Source: Antedon mediterranea (lineage: Eukaryota; Animalia; Echinodermata). Taken from it: DNA of 64,000 bases. The stretch is from the NCBI RefSeq assembly GCF_964355755.1, contig NC_092674.1, positions 806,001 to 870,000 of the forward strand, in the 5' to 3' direction. A program made the translations under genes and the position numbers. The notes below the pieces were generated by a model. That model worked only from the letters and a program-made list of their open reading frames with translations. It was not told where the DNA came from and ran no database searches. Shown piece by piece: positions 49,131 to 63,679 of the stretch (position 1 is the stretch's first letter; each line of letters begins with the position of its first letter).

Positions 49131-52100
49131 TTATACTTAGTCTAGGAAAAAAACAGGTACCCATATAAATAGGTTTCTTAGTTGGGTGTTGTATTGGATT
49201 TAGGCTGAGTGTTAAATTCTTTAGGACTGTTCCAGAGATGAAGACTTTGAAGATGGGTATATCATACCCAGCATAATTACATGCATGATCTTAGACAGCT
49301 AACAAGTCTATGAGACCAAGCTGTGATTAAGTTCAAAACTTAAATGTGTACCACCATTCAGTTAGACCATGTTTAGTTGTATAATCATGGATGAATATAG
49401 GTCAACAGTGTGGTACAATAATTGGGAATCGTTAATACATTGTTGTCAAAGAATTGAATGGTGGTTGGCAGCGATTTCACCTGAATAGGGAGTATAGAAA
49501 CAATGTTACATTGTTGCCTTTCATTTTGAACAACAAAATGCTCTTATTAACAAACTTTCAATTCAAACCAATAAGTATACTGTAACTTCTACTAGTCATG
49601 GGGCCCGGCGTTCTTTGAAGTAAGTTGTTGGTTGAACCGCCAAGCTTGGAAAGATAATCGGACCTATGAAGGCGATGTTTGTTTGTGATCAATGGTGGAT
49701 AATCATGATTAATATTTGAGGACAATTTAACACCTTTGAAATTGTTGCTGATATTTAAAGATTATGCATATTTTGCATAAAGCAAGCCATCAACTCTGTC
49801 ATTAATAAAGCAGTCATTTTTCTGTCTATGAATTTGCATTTTTGTAGACGTTAGTATCCATATATTTTCCATCTGGTAAACATTTTTAATGCAAATATTA
49901 TCTGATAACTGAATTATTTACATCAAATATGAATGTTTAATTGTTCATACCAGCTGAAATTCATCTTGCCATTATGAGTTCAGGTTTCCTGCAAGCAAAT
50001 CTGATATCATTTTAACGATTCCAGCCAAATGATACATAATTTTGATTCCTGTAATAAATGATAAAACTGGAATTACTGAGATTTCATAAATTAATATCCA
50101 ATTACACAGTATTTATCACTTGTTATGTAATTGGCAAGTTTGTTTTCTGTTTTTATGATACTGTAATTGATAATTTAATCCCCCCTTAGCAAGCCTCTTT
50201 GATGATGTGTCCAACCAGGAAACTTCCTATATTAAAGTTTACTCATTTGATGTATGGGAATGCTGCAGTAATGTTACCTGGGCAACAGCAGGAGGTCATA
50301 CTAGTATTTTCTCTTCTGTGAGGTCATAGTTAATGAAAAGACAGGAAAGATAGCAATGATGTTATCTGTTGATTGAGGCCTAAAAAGGCCCTTGGTTAGG
50401 GCACCATCAAAGGCATCTCACAGCCTAAAAGGCCCTTGGTTAGGCCACCATCAAAGGTATCTTTCTTACGGCTAGCATTCGTCTGCATTGTGCAGTATTT
50501 AGAAGTTTGATAGTTTCTCTGAAAATGTAGTATGACATTAATCGCAGATCCAATTTTTAAGTCTAGCTATAGTATATCTATAGATTCAAGAGTGTTTATT
50601 GGTCTATAAACTGGAAATGGTTACTAAAAATGTTAGAAATTAGTTTTAACATTTCTAAAATTGAGAATGACAAAGTTTTGTATCTTTTGTATTCATTATA
50701 ATGATTACAGCCTATTATGTTAATTTGTTGATTAGTAGCCTCAGCTTCATCCTAATGTACTGCCATATTACAGTTTAAATAGACAATTTTGACAACATCG
50801 AAAGACAGCTAAGTAGATGCTAACAAGAGAACTTAAAATCTGAATCATAAATGTAATTTGTAAAAGCAATTCATAGACTTAGTATTTATTGCTGCTGAAG
50901 TGCCATACTGTATAGTACTTATTTTCTGATGGTCATTTAGTAATGTTCATTTTCATTTTCTCGGTTTAAATAAATGTAATGGAAGTAATGAACACAAGAA
51001 TTGTGAATCATCATAAGTATAATTTGTTCCAGCAATTTATATAAATTGCTTTGTATGATTAGTTCTTTTTATCTAGTTTATTGTTCCTTTAGCAATTCTT
51101 ATTATCTCTCATAACAAATAAAGCTTGGTTCCTACTTAGACACAACACAATGAATAGACTTATATTTGTTATGTTTTTATAATGCTCAAATAAGGTACGT
51201 AAAGTACTATCTAAACAAATGTACTTAAATACCGTTACTATCTTATGTTAATTAAAATTGAAATGTTAAAAATTTAAATAGGATAAATGTTTGTAATTTT
51301 TGACAAACATCCCATTTTATTCTAAGTCAGAGATAAACCATTAACGTGTTCTAACCGGTTGTCACACGAGTTAAGTGTGTACTGCAACAGTCGGACAAGA
51401 CTTAAACGATGTTGTTTGCCACAAAATATCCAATGAGAGGATTAAAGGGATCAGGATGTTTTAACTTCAACAAAGATTTATGAATGCTAACATGTCTGAA
51501 CGCATTTTTAGCTTAGTAATTTGTGTTTTGACATTCACAACATAAATGTTTTGTTGCTTGAACATTTTTAAGTTTCTGTTCTTGAAAATATTTGTATAAT
51601 TGTCAACACATACTGTACACAATGCTGTATGTACAGTATTTTGTATAAAATAAACTATAGAGGGCAGCATTGAGAGTAGTGTCAATTAATTTGAATAAAC
51701 CATACAGTATGTACTACATCTGTAAACGGTTATTTAAGAAAATTACATCATATTATATATAGAAGCATTTAACAGTTTCCAATTACAAATAAGTTTGATT
51801 GTAGAATTGGTAGCCCAAATTTTAAACCATAATTTATTATATAAATTTACAGGCACAGAAGAAATTCTACCAAAGTATCATACATATTCTATATATGATT
51901 ATTTATAAAAAAAACTTTATAAAATAAATTTGTTTATTGTAATATATCACACTTATTTGTGGACCCTCTAGTATCCTAGTACATAGAATTGTTATTAACA
52001 AATTTGTGTACATTTACATTCAGCACACATAGTGCATACTGCGTCATAGTACAATGTGATGCTATTCTCTGCCCTTTTATACCTTCATGCTGTGACCAAC

Positions 52101-53004
52101 ATTCAGCTCTCATCATGGCATGAAAAGCCTGCAGGGCTAAACTACTCCAGCTCAAGGTTATAATTTGGCATATTCCATTTACTTAATAGGGTATGTAAAA
52201 CAATAAAATACCTGTGTAGTACTACAGTGATTAGGTATTAAATTGTGTGAGGAATGTACTGTACAATTATGACCTTCATTTCCGAGGTGGCAAGAGAATT
52301 GAAAGATATTTTTAATAATTCAGATTCATCTTTATTAATTAATGATGTGAAGTGGTTTTTTAGTCAATTTAATACATTTTTGTTAAAGATTTCATTTGTC
52401 ATTACTTACTAGTACTAGTAGTCCAAACTAAAAGCCTCAGATTTCAAATTTAATGTTTTTTGTTGGTTAGCAAATGTTATCAGATCTTAATTTAGTATAC
52501 ATCTGACTATGAATATTCCAGATTAACCAAAATGTTTATAACATGAATAATAATCTAGGAATTGAGTTATATCATTAGATATTTATTGCAGCAGTAGTAC
52601 AAATTTGGTAATCAATAATCATTAAATTTATGAATAGGTTTCTTGTATTAATACATTATACGTGCATTTATACTTACTACTAAGGATACTATATACAAAG
52701 GATAGCTAACTGTATTTATTATTGATATTTAATGTATTGAAATATCTCTTTAAATACATCTATAAATAGAATACACAGACAATAGAAGAAGCTACACCTT
52801 CTAGCTATTGTTAAAGATGTACATTGCATATTGTATTCTTTTCATTTACCATATGCAAACTTATACCAGATTAAATCATTAAGTCATTCCTTCTACAGTT
52901 AATTTAGTGTGTGTGGAAAAAAGAAGAGTACATTATAACTTTTATGAAAAAAATGGATTATCTGTGAGTTACTGATTCCTCTTAACCTTTAAAAATATCA
53001 AATT

Positions 53005-54938
53005 TGAGGGCATAGTTGATATATTATACCATTTGTAGAGAGGGAGTTTTCAATGAAAATTTCTACTTTTTGAGTTATACAGTATCTCGCTCTTCAAGGA
53101 GAAAGGGCTATTGTTGGTTTATCCAGGTAAGCTAGCACAAAATAGACTACCAACACCATTGTTGGTTTGTGTAACTTTCATATTTGGCCAAGATATTCCT
53201 CAAAGTAATTTATTTTCATTAAGAATAGTCTTAATGCCATGGTCTCTTAAAATATTCAATCATCTCCATAATAGTATTCCTTTTTAGAATAGAATAGATT
53301 TCTAATTTCTTTTTTTCATAACTATTTTCATGTATTGTATTATTTAATTAGAATTTGCTTTGAAATTATTCATATAAAATAGCATTGTTTCATAAATAAA
53401 TAATTCACTATTCAGCATGTCCATCTCCACTTTATTTGTGTAGTTCACTGAGATTATGAGATTTGATTGTGGTTTGCCAATGACAGTCAAAAATGATTAC
53501 TGATTGTAAGTAAATCTGGATAGCTTTTTTATATTTTTATGTAACTTTGGAAAATTCATTTCAATCATAATTATTCTTGGTTTTATTACAAGATTTTGTT
53601 TTCATCAGCAGTCCGATGTCAGTACGAGATTGTTGGATAGGGTTTGCAATATCCAATCAATTAATTGATAAGTGTCAGATGATATTAATCGAATTTAGTT
53701 ACTGTATTGTTATTTTAAACAAAATCTTAAATTGGCAACTTGTACTTGTATTTTTCTTCGTATAAACATAAAGCAATGATCAGATAGTGTCTAACATTGT
53801 GGACAACTTATGTAGAATCAGACAATCAATAGTTAAGTTTTTTGATAATTATGTTTTAATATTTAACAACCAAGGGGAAACTTAGTTGGATCCCAAGAGG
53901 AAACTTAGTTGGATCCCAAGAGGAAACTTAGTTGGATCCCAAGAGGAAACTTAGTTGGGTCCCAAGAGGAAACTTAGTTGGATCCCAAGAGGAAACTTAG
54001 TTGGATCCCAAGAGGAAACTTAGTTGGATCCCAAGAGGAAACTTAGTTGGGTCACAAGAGGAAACTTAGTTGGATCCCAAGAGGAAACTTAGTTGGATCC
54101 CAAGAGGAAACTTAGTTGGGTCCCAAGAGGAAACTTAGTTGGGTCCCAAGAGGAAACTTAGTTGGATCCCAAGAGGAAACTTAGTTGGATCCCAAGAGGA
54201 AACTTAGTTGGATCCCAAGAGGAAACTTAGTTGGATCCCAAGAGGAAACTTAGTTGGGTCCCAAAGGTGTCCCCTTAATAGAGGTTCTAAATTATAATAT
54301 ATTACATTATTGCAATAAGTACTGACAATAGTTATACATATAGATATTACAACAGATGCTGTTAAATTGAATAATTAAGGATACTGTTTAATATTCATTA
54401 GCATACAGAAGTTGAAGATGTAAACCTGCTATCCCTATGGTAAGCATGCCAAATAACAACCAATTCCCTCTAGTATTAAGATGTAAACAAATGACTGCTA
54501 TCCCTATGGTAAGCATGCCAAATAACAACCAATTCCCTCTAGTATTAAGTTACTTGGAAGGTTAACTTATGTCAACTTAATTACCTCTCCACTAATCACT
54601 TCATTTAACAGTTCAGTAATTATTCATTTAATTTGCATACTGATTTGCATAATTGATTGTGATAATGTGTCATAGAGATATTTTACTTGAAATATAGATT
54701 TTTCGAAAATGGCTCTTGGTAAGTTTTTTTTTAACATTTAACAGTTACACTTTTTTCTTTTTTAACTAAATTAAATTAGTTTTTAATAATTCAATAAATT
54801 ATTCCTGAAATGTACTTGTCTATTTTGTGCCTAGCTTACCTGGATAAACTAACGATATCCTTTCTTCTCGAAAAAGTAGAAGTTTTCATTGAATCCCCCT
54901 TTCCACAAATGGTATAGTTCATGATCTATGCTATTTAA
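53005..54938. repeat. Inverted pair of family B repeats about 1.9 kb apart (possible old TIR element)
   Basis: 53005-53145 is the degenerate reverse complement of 54820-54938. Confidence 0.55.
53870..54264. repeat. Minisatellite, 23-bp unit x ~17
   Basis: cccaagaggaaacttagttgg(a/g)t; followed by ggtgtccccttaatagaggttc, resembling a pogo-MITE end. Confidence 0.95.
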
Positions 54939-55529
54939 ATTGTTTTCTGTGCTTTGGTTTCTATTCTTTCTAGTTGAAACTAGGTTTTATATTATCTTCT
55001 TGTTTAAATATTTTGTTACAAGCGCCGTTACAGCTGTGTGTATAACTTCATTTGTAGTGATATTTTATTTATTTGATTAATGTTAATGAAGATGAATGAA
55101 TTAAATATTGGTTTACAAAGGAATCTATCAGAATGAATTGTCATAATGCAATAGCTACCATCTGGTACCATCATTCCTCTAGTATTTACAACACATCATC
55201 TACATCCATTACTCATCTTTATATTAAAATGATTTAACTTTACACATTATGAAATTTACAGATGTTGAAGAAATTAAAATTTGTAATCCGAAAACATTTG
55301 ATCGAGTATTAAAAAAAAATGGTTGTCTTGGTAACAGGAGGCAATTAAAGTTTCTGAAGATTGTCATGTAAAATTAATCACAGAACTTTTGATTAAAAGT
55401 GATAATGTTTTATTTATTATGATGAAAAGGAATAGTTAATGGTTTTCAATTAAGTGTTTTTATTACATGACTGCTGCTGGTATAGTATGTATGTTGATTA
55501 TCTAGATTTAAAAGATGTCTTTTGTTTAG

Positions 55530-56553
55530 GCGATTCTCCATCTATGATTTCTACAGTGTATCATAGGCAAATTCCTTTATACAGTATCACATATGTATGA
55601 CATCATGTGATGTCTGTATCATGTCTATTGATTAGCCGATTCTCCATATCTATAATTTCCCCAGTATCATAGGCAAATTCCTTTATACAGTATCACATGT
55701 ATCACATGTGATGTCTGTGTTCTGTCTATTGATTAGCCGATTCTCCAAATCTATAATTTCCCCAGTATCATAGGCAAATTCCTTTATACAGTATCACATA
55801 TGTATCACATGTGATGTCTGTATCATGTCTATTGATTAGCCGATTCTCCATATCTATAATTTCCCCAGTATCATAGGCAAATTCCTTTATACAGTATCAC
55901 ATATGTATCACATGTGATGTCTGTGTCATGTCTATTGATTAGCCGATTCTCCATATCTATAATTTCCCCAGTATCATAGGCAAATTCCTTTATACACTAT
56001 CACACATGTATCACATGTGATGTCTGTGTCATGTCTATTGATTAGCCGATTCTCCATATCTATAATTTCCCCAGTATCATAGGCAAATTCCTTTATACAC
56101 TATCACACATGTATCACATGTGATGTCTGTGTCATGTCTATTGATTAGCCGATTCTCCATATCTATAATTTCCGCAGTATCATAGGCAAATTCCTTTATA
56201 CACTATCACATGTATCACATGTGATGTCTGTGTCATGTCTATTGATTAGCCGATTCTCCATATCTATAATTTCCCCAGTATCATAGGCAAATTCCTTTAT
56301 ACACTATCACACATGTATCACATGTGATGTCTGTATCATGTCTATTGATTAGCCGATTCTCTATATCTATAATTTCCCCAGTATCATAGGATAGGCAAAT
56401 TCCTTTATACACTATCACATATGTATCACATGTGATGTCTGTGTCATGTCTATTGATTAGCCGATTCTCCATATCTATAATTTCCTCAGTATCATAGGAT
56501 AGGCAAATTTTTTTATACACTATCACATATGTATCACATGTGATGTCTGTATC
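55530..56553. repeat. Tandem repeat, ~103-bp unit x ~10
   Basis: agccgattctccatatctataatttccccagtatcataggcaaattcctttatac...gtctattgatt. Confidence 0.95.
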
Positions 56554-58395
56554 ATCATAGGACGTAAGCCTTATTTGTCATATGTGGAGATCTATTTTGC
56601 GTAACCATAAAGTTTCAGACAATTTATATTAACAATACGTTAAAATTTATACCTAAATGTCATCTCTCTAGTGACTTGCTATAGTGTGTACTGTGAATAA
56701 ACTAGATTTTAGTTTTATAAATCCATTATATTCAGTTGTTGAGTTGAACATTATGTATACACATTAGTCTAATCAACGTTAGCATTTATTCGGTCAGTTT
56801 GCTTGCTGGGCTTAAGGTTTTATCGTTGCGTTCACTTTGACATTTTGTTTGATGCAAATAATGGAGAATGTAAAATAAAACTGATTAAATGAATGATTTT
56901 TGGAATATCATTTGACAAAAATAATATAATGGTTTAACGTAATGAATTATATACAGATAAAAATAATATGATTCAGTTTTTCTTCAGCAAACAATGAAAT
57001 TGGTATTTATAGCCACGGATGTTATGGATTTTTGTCAGAAAAAATATGACATTGTTGTGGTTTTCTCAGATGTATAGCACCAAGTAGAAAAATACTGGTT
57101 TAATATAATCTCCTTGTTATAGTTTGGTAGTAAAAGTATCTGCAAGCTTTAGAATGAATTTATTGTTCAATGTGTGATCTTGTAATTGTTATTAAGAATC
57201 AAATGTGTGATCTTGTTGATCAAATCAGAGAAGGATTGTCATTGTTATGAAGAATGAGATCCGTTTGATAAACAATCCATCAATTGTCGGCTTTGATATA
57301 ATTCAGTATATTGTTTCTTTGCTCTATACTATCATAAATCAGTTTGATTGTTTATAATCATGTTCTTTTATGGATATTCAACTCATTATCACCCACATAT
57401 GGATGGTACTTGAAGACACTTTAGTGTTGTCTCAAGTTTTCAATATCCTACATTTAAATTGTTGTCTTTGACTAGGTAGAATAATAATGGTATACAATAC
57501 ATAGATTGTTGCAGACAAGTTATTTCAATAGTACAGTACAGTTATGAATTTATTTGCTATCATCAGTATAATAATAATATTACAAGATCTTTGAAAACAC
57601 TTTTATCAACTACCTGATTGAATGGTATGAACAGAAAAAAAGTACATACCTGTATAACCAAATAAATTGGTCATTCAACTATGAAATATTTCTGATTCAT
57701 ATTCTGGTATATCTTCTACAAAAACCTTCCATATATCTTCTAACTTGTGTTTTAGTGCTGTTTGTTTTTGTAAGCTATTCTATTATTATTGTTTCTATTA
57801 CTGTAAGTTTCACTTTGACAATACAGAGTTCAATATAATACCTCTATGCTTCCACATATGATGGTTATTAATTTAGGAATACAATGAAAGCAGCATTACT
57901 GCTGCTTAACTTTATTTGATTTCATTATTATAGATTTTTTTTATTATCAATATTTATTATATTATCATAATCCAAGAAAACGATGCTTTTTATTCATCAT
58001 AAAAAATGATAAATATAACTTTTTGTTCTTTTATTGATCTTTAGCCCGGGTCAATAAAAGACAATGACAAAGTGGAAGTGATTGTTTATGTTCTTTGTGT
58101 GTAGTGTGTAATGATGTCTAATGGTCCAAGTGTAAGTTCCTGGATCGACATATTCACATTTCCACCTTTACCAACAGTTCTAGTTATAAACTCTTCCATT
58201 TTTCACAGTTTAGGCACAAAATGTGTTTGTGTCGTATGCTAAAATGTCATGGGTGTGAACAGGGCTTTAGTCACAAACATTTACTAACAACCATCCACAG
58301 TATGAACCGATGTCTAATGTTCACATTTCCACCTCTTTCATATATCAAGACACGTTTTATGCTAACACTCAAAATTTGTTAGTGTCGTACATTAA

Positions 58396-59251
58396 CCCTT
58401 TCACTGCGTATACCCGGTACGGTACTACCGGGTATAAACAAACGTCGTTGAAGTGCGTATACCCGGTAATACCGGGTATGGGCAAAACAATGATTTAATC
58501 GTATTTGCCTATAATATATAGCACCCTCTATATTTGTTCGATGAACTTGAATATTTTTGCAAGTCATTAAAACATTTTTCCAGCAAAAAAAACGGCCCTC
58601 TATAGCTGTATTATTGTCTTGAAAATCATGCGCCCTCTATAGTTATATTATATAGTATAGTGTATATAATAGTATTCTATCTTGGAAAGTTGTTTTGAGT
58701 AGCGTAATGGCGGCCATTTTGAAAGTAACCAAAATTTACCAGCCCCAATAGGGCAACATTGTATTTATCACAACAGGCAAAAAAAAAAATTCTGAAACAA
58801 TAGTTAGTTTTGTACTATAGTGAATTTTTGGAAAATGTCATTATTTTCACTATTTTGCCCCAAAACTTTGATTTGTGCATAATTTTTATAAAACAATAAA
58901 AATAATTCAATTTTTTTAAATATTTTTATTTGTTATACGTATCTTCATCAATATCCAGTTGGAAAAACGTATTCCATAAGAATTTCTTATAGAAAATATA
59001 GTTTTTATCATTGATTCGATAAAAAACACGAAATCCAAAATACCTGTAATGACGTCACATGACGTCATCAATATGCAAATTACTTTTTTTTTATACTTAA
59101 CTGTAGACTAACCCTTTGCCCATCACACACCACAAAAATAATTACACAATTATCTCAATTAGTATTTTTTTGCAATTTATTAAAATACCATATGTTTTTC
59201 TTAAATATACATTACGCACAGAGGTGGGAATAATGCTCCGCAGTGAAAGGG
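58396..59251. mobile_element. Non-autonomous piggyBac-like element
   Basis: TTAA|CCCTTTCACTGCG ... CGCAGTGAAAGGG|TTAA; subterminal tacccggta/taccgggta repeats. Confidence 0.87.
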
Positions 59252-62200
59252 TTAAAACGTTATGGGTGTGCTTCACAGTATGAAGCCATACTTTTTACAC
59301 TACAGTAAATGCTTGGAAAATGGCTTTACTGGAACAGTCAAATCTATAAATATCGTACACTCTGAAAACCAGAAATGTCACAAAACCATACTTTGGAGTC
59401 AATATGCTAAAAACTCAATTATTACAAATTAACCACCAGTTTAGTAATTGACAGTCTTGTCAATATTAAACCACTTCATTTTCAATTCTTTCTTATTATC
59501 AACATATATTACAAACACAATGACATACTGTATATCTGTTACTTGGATCCTGGCTTATATACTTTACTTATTTAATCTAATCAATAGATCTTCTCTGCAT
59601 TTATCATTCGTTGTCGTCTTGAGTCATAGCACCTATGTCTAAGTACATTAAGTATTCATTCTTATTCATTTATCTTGCATAATCTATGTAAAGTTTATCC
59701 GTACATTTTCCCAAAGCTACTGATCGATTAATTCTTCCTTTTCTTCATCTATTATTAACTTTTGAATTTTATTATCATAAATTACTATTTAATTGTGTAC
59801 AGTCTAAATACTTTTTTTTAAAATTCTCTAATAATTGACTTAAACTTGCCGTAACCTACATTATAAATAAGTGTTGTACTATGGACCTATAAATTATGGT
59901 TGTACCATTGGCATTACAGTTTACCATGAAACTTTATTTTAACACTGTATGTCCGGGTACAAAATGTGGAGGTTGGTGGGATTATACCCGGATGTAATCA
60001 ACAATGGATTTAGCCTCAATTTGAGATTGCATTATACTCTAGCACTGGATTATACTCTGTACTACAATACAGTTTATATTTTTATGTCTTTTATAAAAAT
60101 GTCTTGCCTGTTATTGCCCGACATTTACGCCTACTGTACAATTAAAACTGAAGGCTGTTTTAAAACTGAAGGCTGTTTTAAAACCAGAAGATACCTGAAG
60201 ACATGATCATCGTCTAATTGTTTTGAAAAGCAATGTAGTGAGATTATTCTTTCATCGTCCCTAGTAACCTGTGGTGGTTTATAAAGTGGTTTAATTTGAA
60301 ATCAAATGACGCAGTAATTAAGTGGATAAAGTTTCATAATTTCCTTAAGCAATTTCTTTTAAATAGGAATTATGAGATTTTCGTAATGTATTATTTATTT
60401 TAAACACAGCTAGAGTAAATGATCTTGTATATTCCCTGCAAAATTGATGAAAGGAATACAAATCAAATATAATGGACTCTTCCAAATATAGATGACCTTA
60501 TGATGTCATCAAATTTGACCTAATGATGTCATCATCATTTAACATAATCCATTGTTGATGACTCCTCATAGACAAGATGATGGTTTTGAGATGTATTTTA
60601 AATAGTTCTCACTAAATATTCTTTCTAAATTCACTGTGTAAATCATACAGTATTTGTATCGGATAGTTTTAGCTAGATTGTGTATGTATGTATAACTAAC
60701 AAAATATAAATCAGGAAAAAAATATATTTTGTATCTCATCTTCATAATAATAATCATTAAACATTCCTTTAATTACTAAAATATTGAACATGAAAACATT
60801 TACAGAAACGGTGTATTTAGGTGTATTTATTTTCATTTTTTATTTCGGCTTACGTTAATGCCGCGAATGATAGAGTAGATACAGGTGCTTTCACATTCTG
60901 CATCAAAACTAGCCTCGTCATTCGTGGCATTAAGTTACGTTATTTGGCTTTGTCCCAAGCCTGACAAGCAGTCAGAATAGTAAATTACGTTTTACACTGA
61001 AAATGAATGAGCGTTTTCCCCTTGAGATTGTCCTTAGAGCGTTTCTTACAGCCATCATGTTTATTAATGATTGAATGCGTTTAAATGCTTACTGCGCATT
61101 CTAGGCATTAATGTATTACAACTGTACACAAATAGGATTGTTCTTAGAGTTTATGTAACCATATTTATTTATTACAATGATTTTTAGTTTATTTACCATT
61201 TACAATAGTATAAATGATAATTATTTTACTACTGTATTTTTGGAAGGAGGAAGAAATAACATTCTGGCGCAACTCACCATTGTATTTAGAGCTGGTGGCT
61301 GAGAAGTGAGATGAAAAAGTTGAATAAAATTGTGTCACATTCAACATTTATTGAAGAAAAAACGACAGTTACTTTTATTACATCACTGTTTGAGCCTAAA
61401 AAATGTGTATACAAAATGAAGTCATCACGAATATCACGGTATTTATAATCAGATCACAAGCCAGTGAAATAGTGTGTGCTATTTCAACTTTAGCCGACAA
61501 TGTCATTGATTCTAAGTATTTGTGAAGTCAACACAGGCATCACGACCAATAGTTATTACAGTCGTCTAAGCCTACGCGACCTCATCACAATTACAGTTTT
61601 ACATTCCACTGCGGCTACAAAACGGCTTCAGAAAATCAATAGAGAAATTAATATTGGAGATAATTACCCACACGCATGTAGCCACGTTCAGAACATTTTA
61701 GATGTAGAAGCCCAGCAATGAATCATGCGTTTGGAGCTCCCTGAGGGCGCTAGATTCTGTTGTTGGTCATTCTTGGATTGAAGTATAGTGGAAATAGTCT
61801 GGAAAAAGATCAAGATTAAGATTGAATTATTATTGCATCATTATAATAACAGTAAACACTTCCTATTTATTAGCAAATATTTTGTGCCTAGTGTACATGG
61901 ATAAACTAATAAAAGCCCTTCTCCCCAAAGTGAGAGATCATCATCACAATAACATTTATTTCCAAATAATGGTGGCATCACCAAGAAAGCAAATTCCTGT
62001 ATCAGATACAATACAAACAGAAGAATTTTAGTTGAACAATATAAGAATAAATATTGCACAGATCTATGGCTAGATTATTCAGTAACCTATCATTTTAAGA
62101 CATTAATAACCATCTGTGTAGTGAATTGATTTAGGTTGGTTTCGGATCATTTCAAGATTCTAAGTTAAATTACCAAGAGACATATCTAAAAGAGCCATTT

Positions 62201-63525
62201 ATTGAATGAGTTACCATAGTTACTAAGTGAGGCTTCCAAGATAAGCAAAACGACTGGAAAGAAGCATAATCTTCATTTATGAATGTTTTTTTTTACATAA
62301 TTTTGTTTTTCTTTAGAAGTGCATATTATTTATTAATATACTTTTAGCATCGAAGTAAATCCATAATTTTAAAATTGAAAAACCTTTCTTTCAATGTCAG
62401 AAGATATCAATTTTGTATATCAACTAAAACTAAATAATTGATATAATTGATGAGTGACTTGCTAAATCATACTGAATTAAGAATATTGTAGCAAATACAT
62501 ACCGGCATTGCTTTTCTTAATAAATACATCTCGTGAAATGTTTTCCTTGTAGCGAATACTAAAGTAAAATTAACACACAGACAGACAAATTAAATTATAT
62601 TAATTTAAATGAATTATTAGTTATTTTTGCCGATTCCCAGACACACTAATTTACCATGTCCTGATATATTTAAAATAAAAAATTACTTTGACTTTTGAAA
62701 ACTAATTTATGTACGTAAATGATTTATCTAGATTTTGTAATTGGTATTGTCCAGTGTAACCTGAATATTACTTACCAACGTAGACGTAATTTTTATTCCC
62801 AAATGACCAATTTAAATTGAAATACAAACTGTATATTTTGTTTAAAGCTTGAACATCAACAAGAATGACCAGGAGAACAATATGAATTTAACGGCAATAA
62901 TAAATTCACTATTATCTTATAAAATATTTTTTTTTTTCTGTTTTTCTCTTTTCAATAATTCACAGAGTAGTTCTTTGTTTATCTGTGCAGTCATTTAAAC
63001 GACCTCGTTTTCAGAATTCTTATGTTTTATTATGATTGATAATAAATCTACAATAATTTTTTTTCTTGGTAATGTTATCAGCTTGGATTTTTATGTCAAT
63101 TTTGATATTAAATGATGATATAGCCTCTAGGTTATGTTATCATAGCAGTTTCTATGGATACTTATCTAACATTAATAATACATTGTTTTATGTTGTGTGA
63201 CAATAGTAATTGAAGCTTATAGCGTTTTTGTCAACATCTCAAAAAATGCTCACAGCCCCTAATGATAATTGATCTAGTCCTAATTGAACCTACCCCTGTA
63301 CTTAAACATGTTTAGTATGTTCTCAGACGTTATGGTGTGAATCGTAATTCTAAAATTAATTAGGTTATGGGATTAACTGTATTATCATTCCATCTGCGTT
63401 AATCCTATATATAATTAATACAATTTCCAATTACTTTTGATGTTTATCATATCATTCAGACTTGAATTCTAGATGGTGATTCTGTTTTATATTGATAAAA
63501 ATATAAACAAGTTAACACACATGTG

Positions 63526-63679
63526 ACAAGTGTACTCAATTGAGATTTAGTACAAGTCTACTCATGTCAGACTTAGGACAAGTCTACTCAATTAAGACTT
63601 AGTACAAGTCTACTCAATTGAGACTTAGTACAAGTCTACTCAATTGAGATTTAGTACAAGTCTACGCAAGTGAGACTTA
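63526..63679. repeat. Minisatellite, 26-bp unit x ~6
   Basis: ttagtacaagtctactcaattgagac. Confidence 0.88.
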
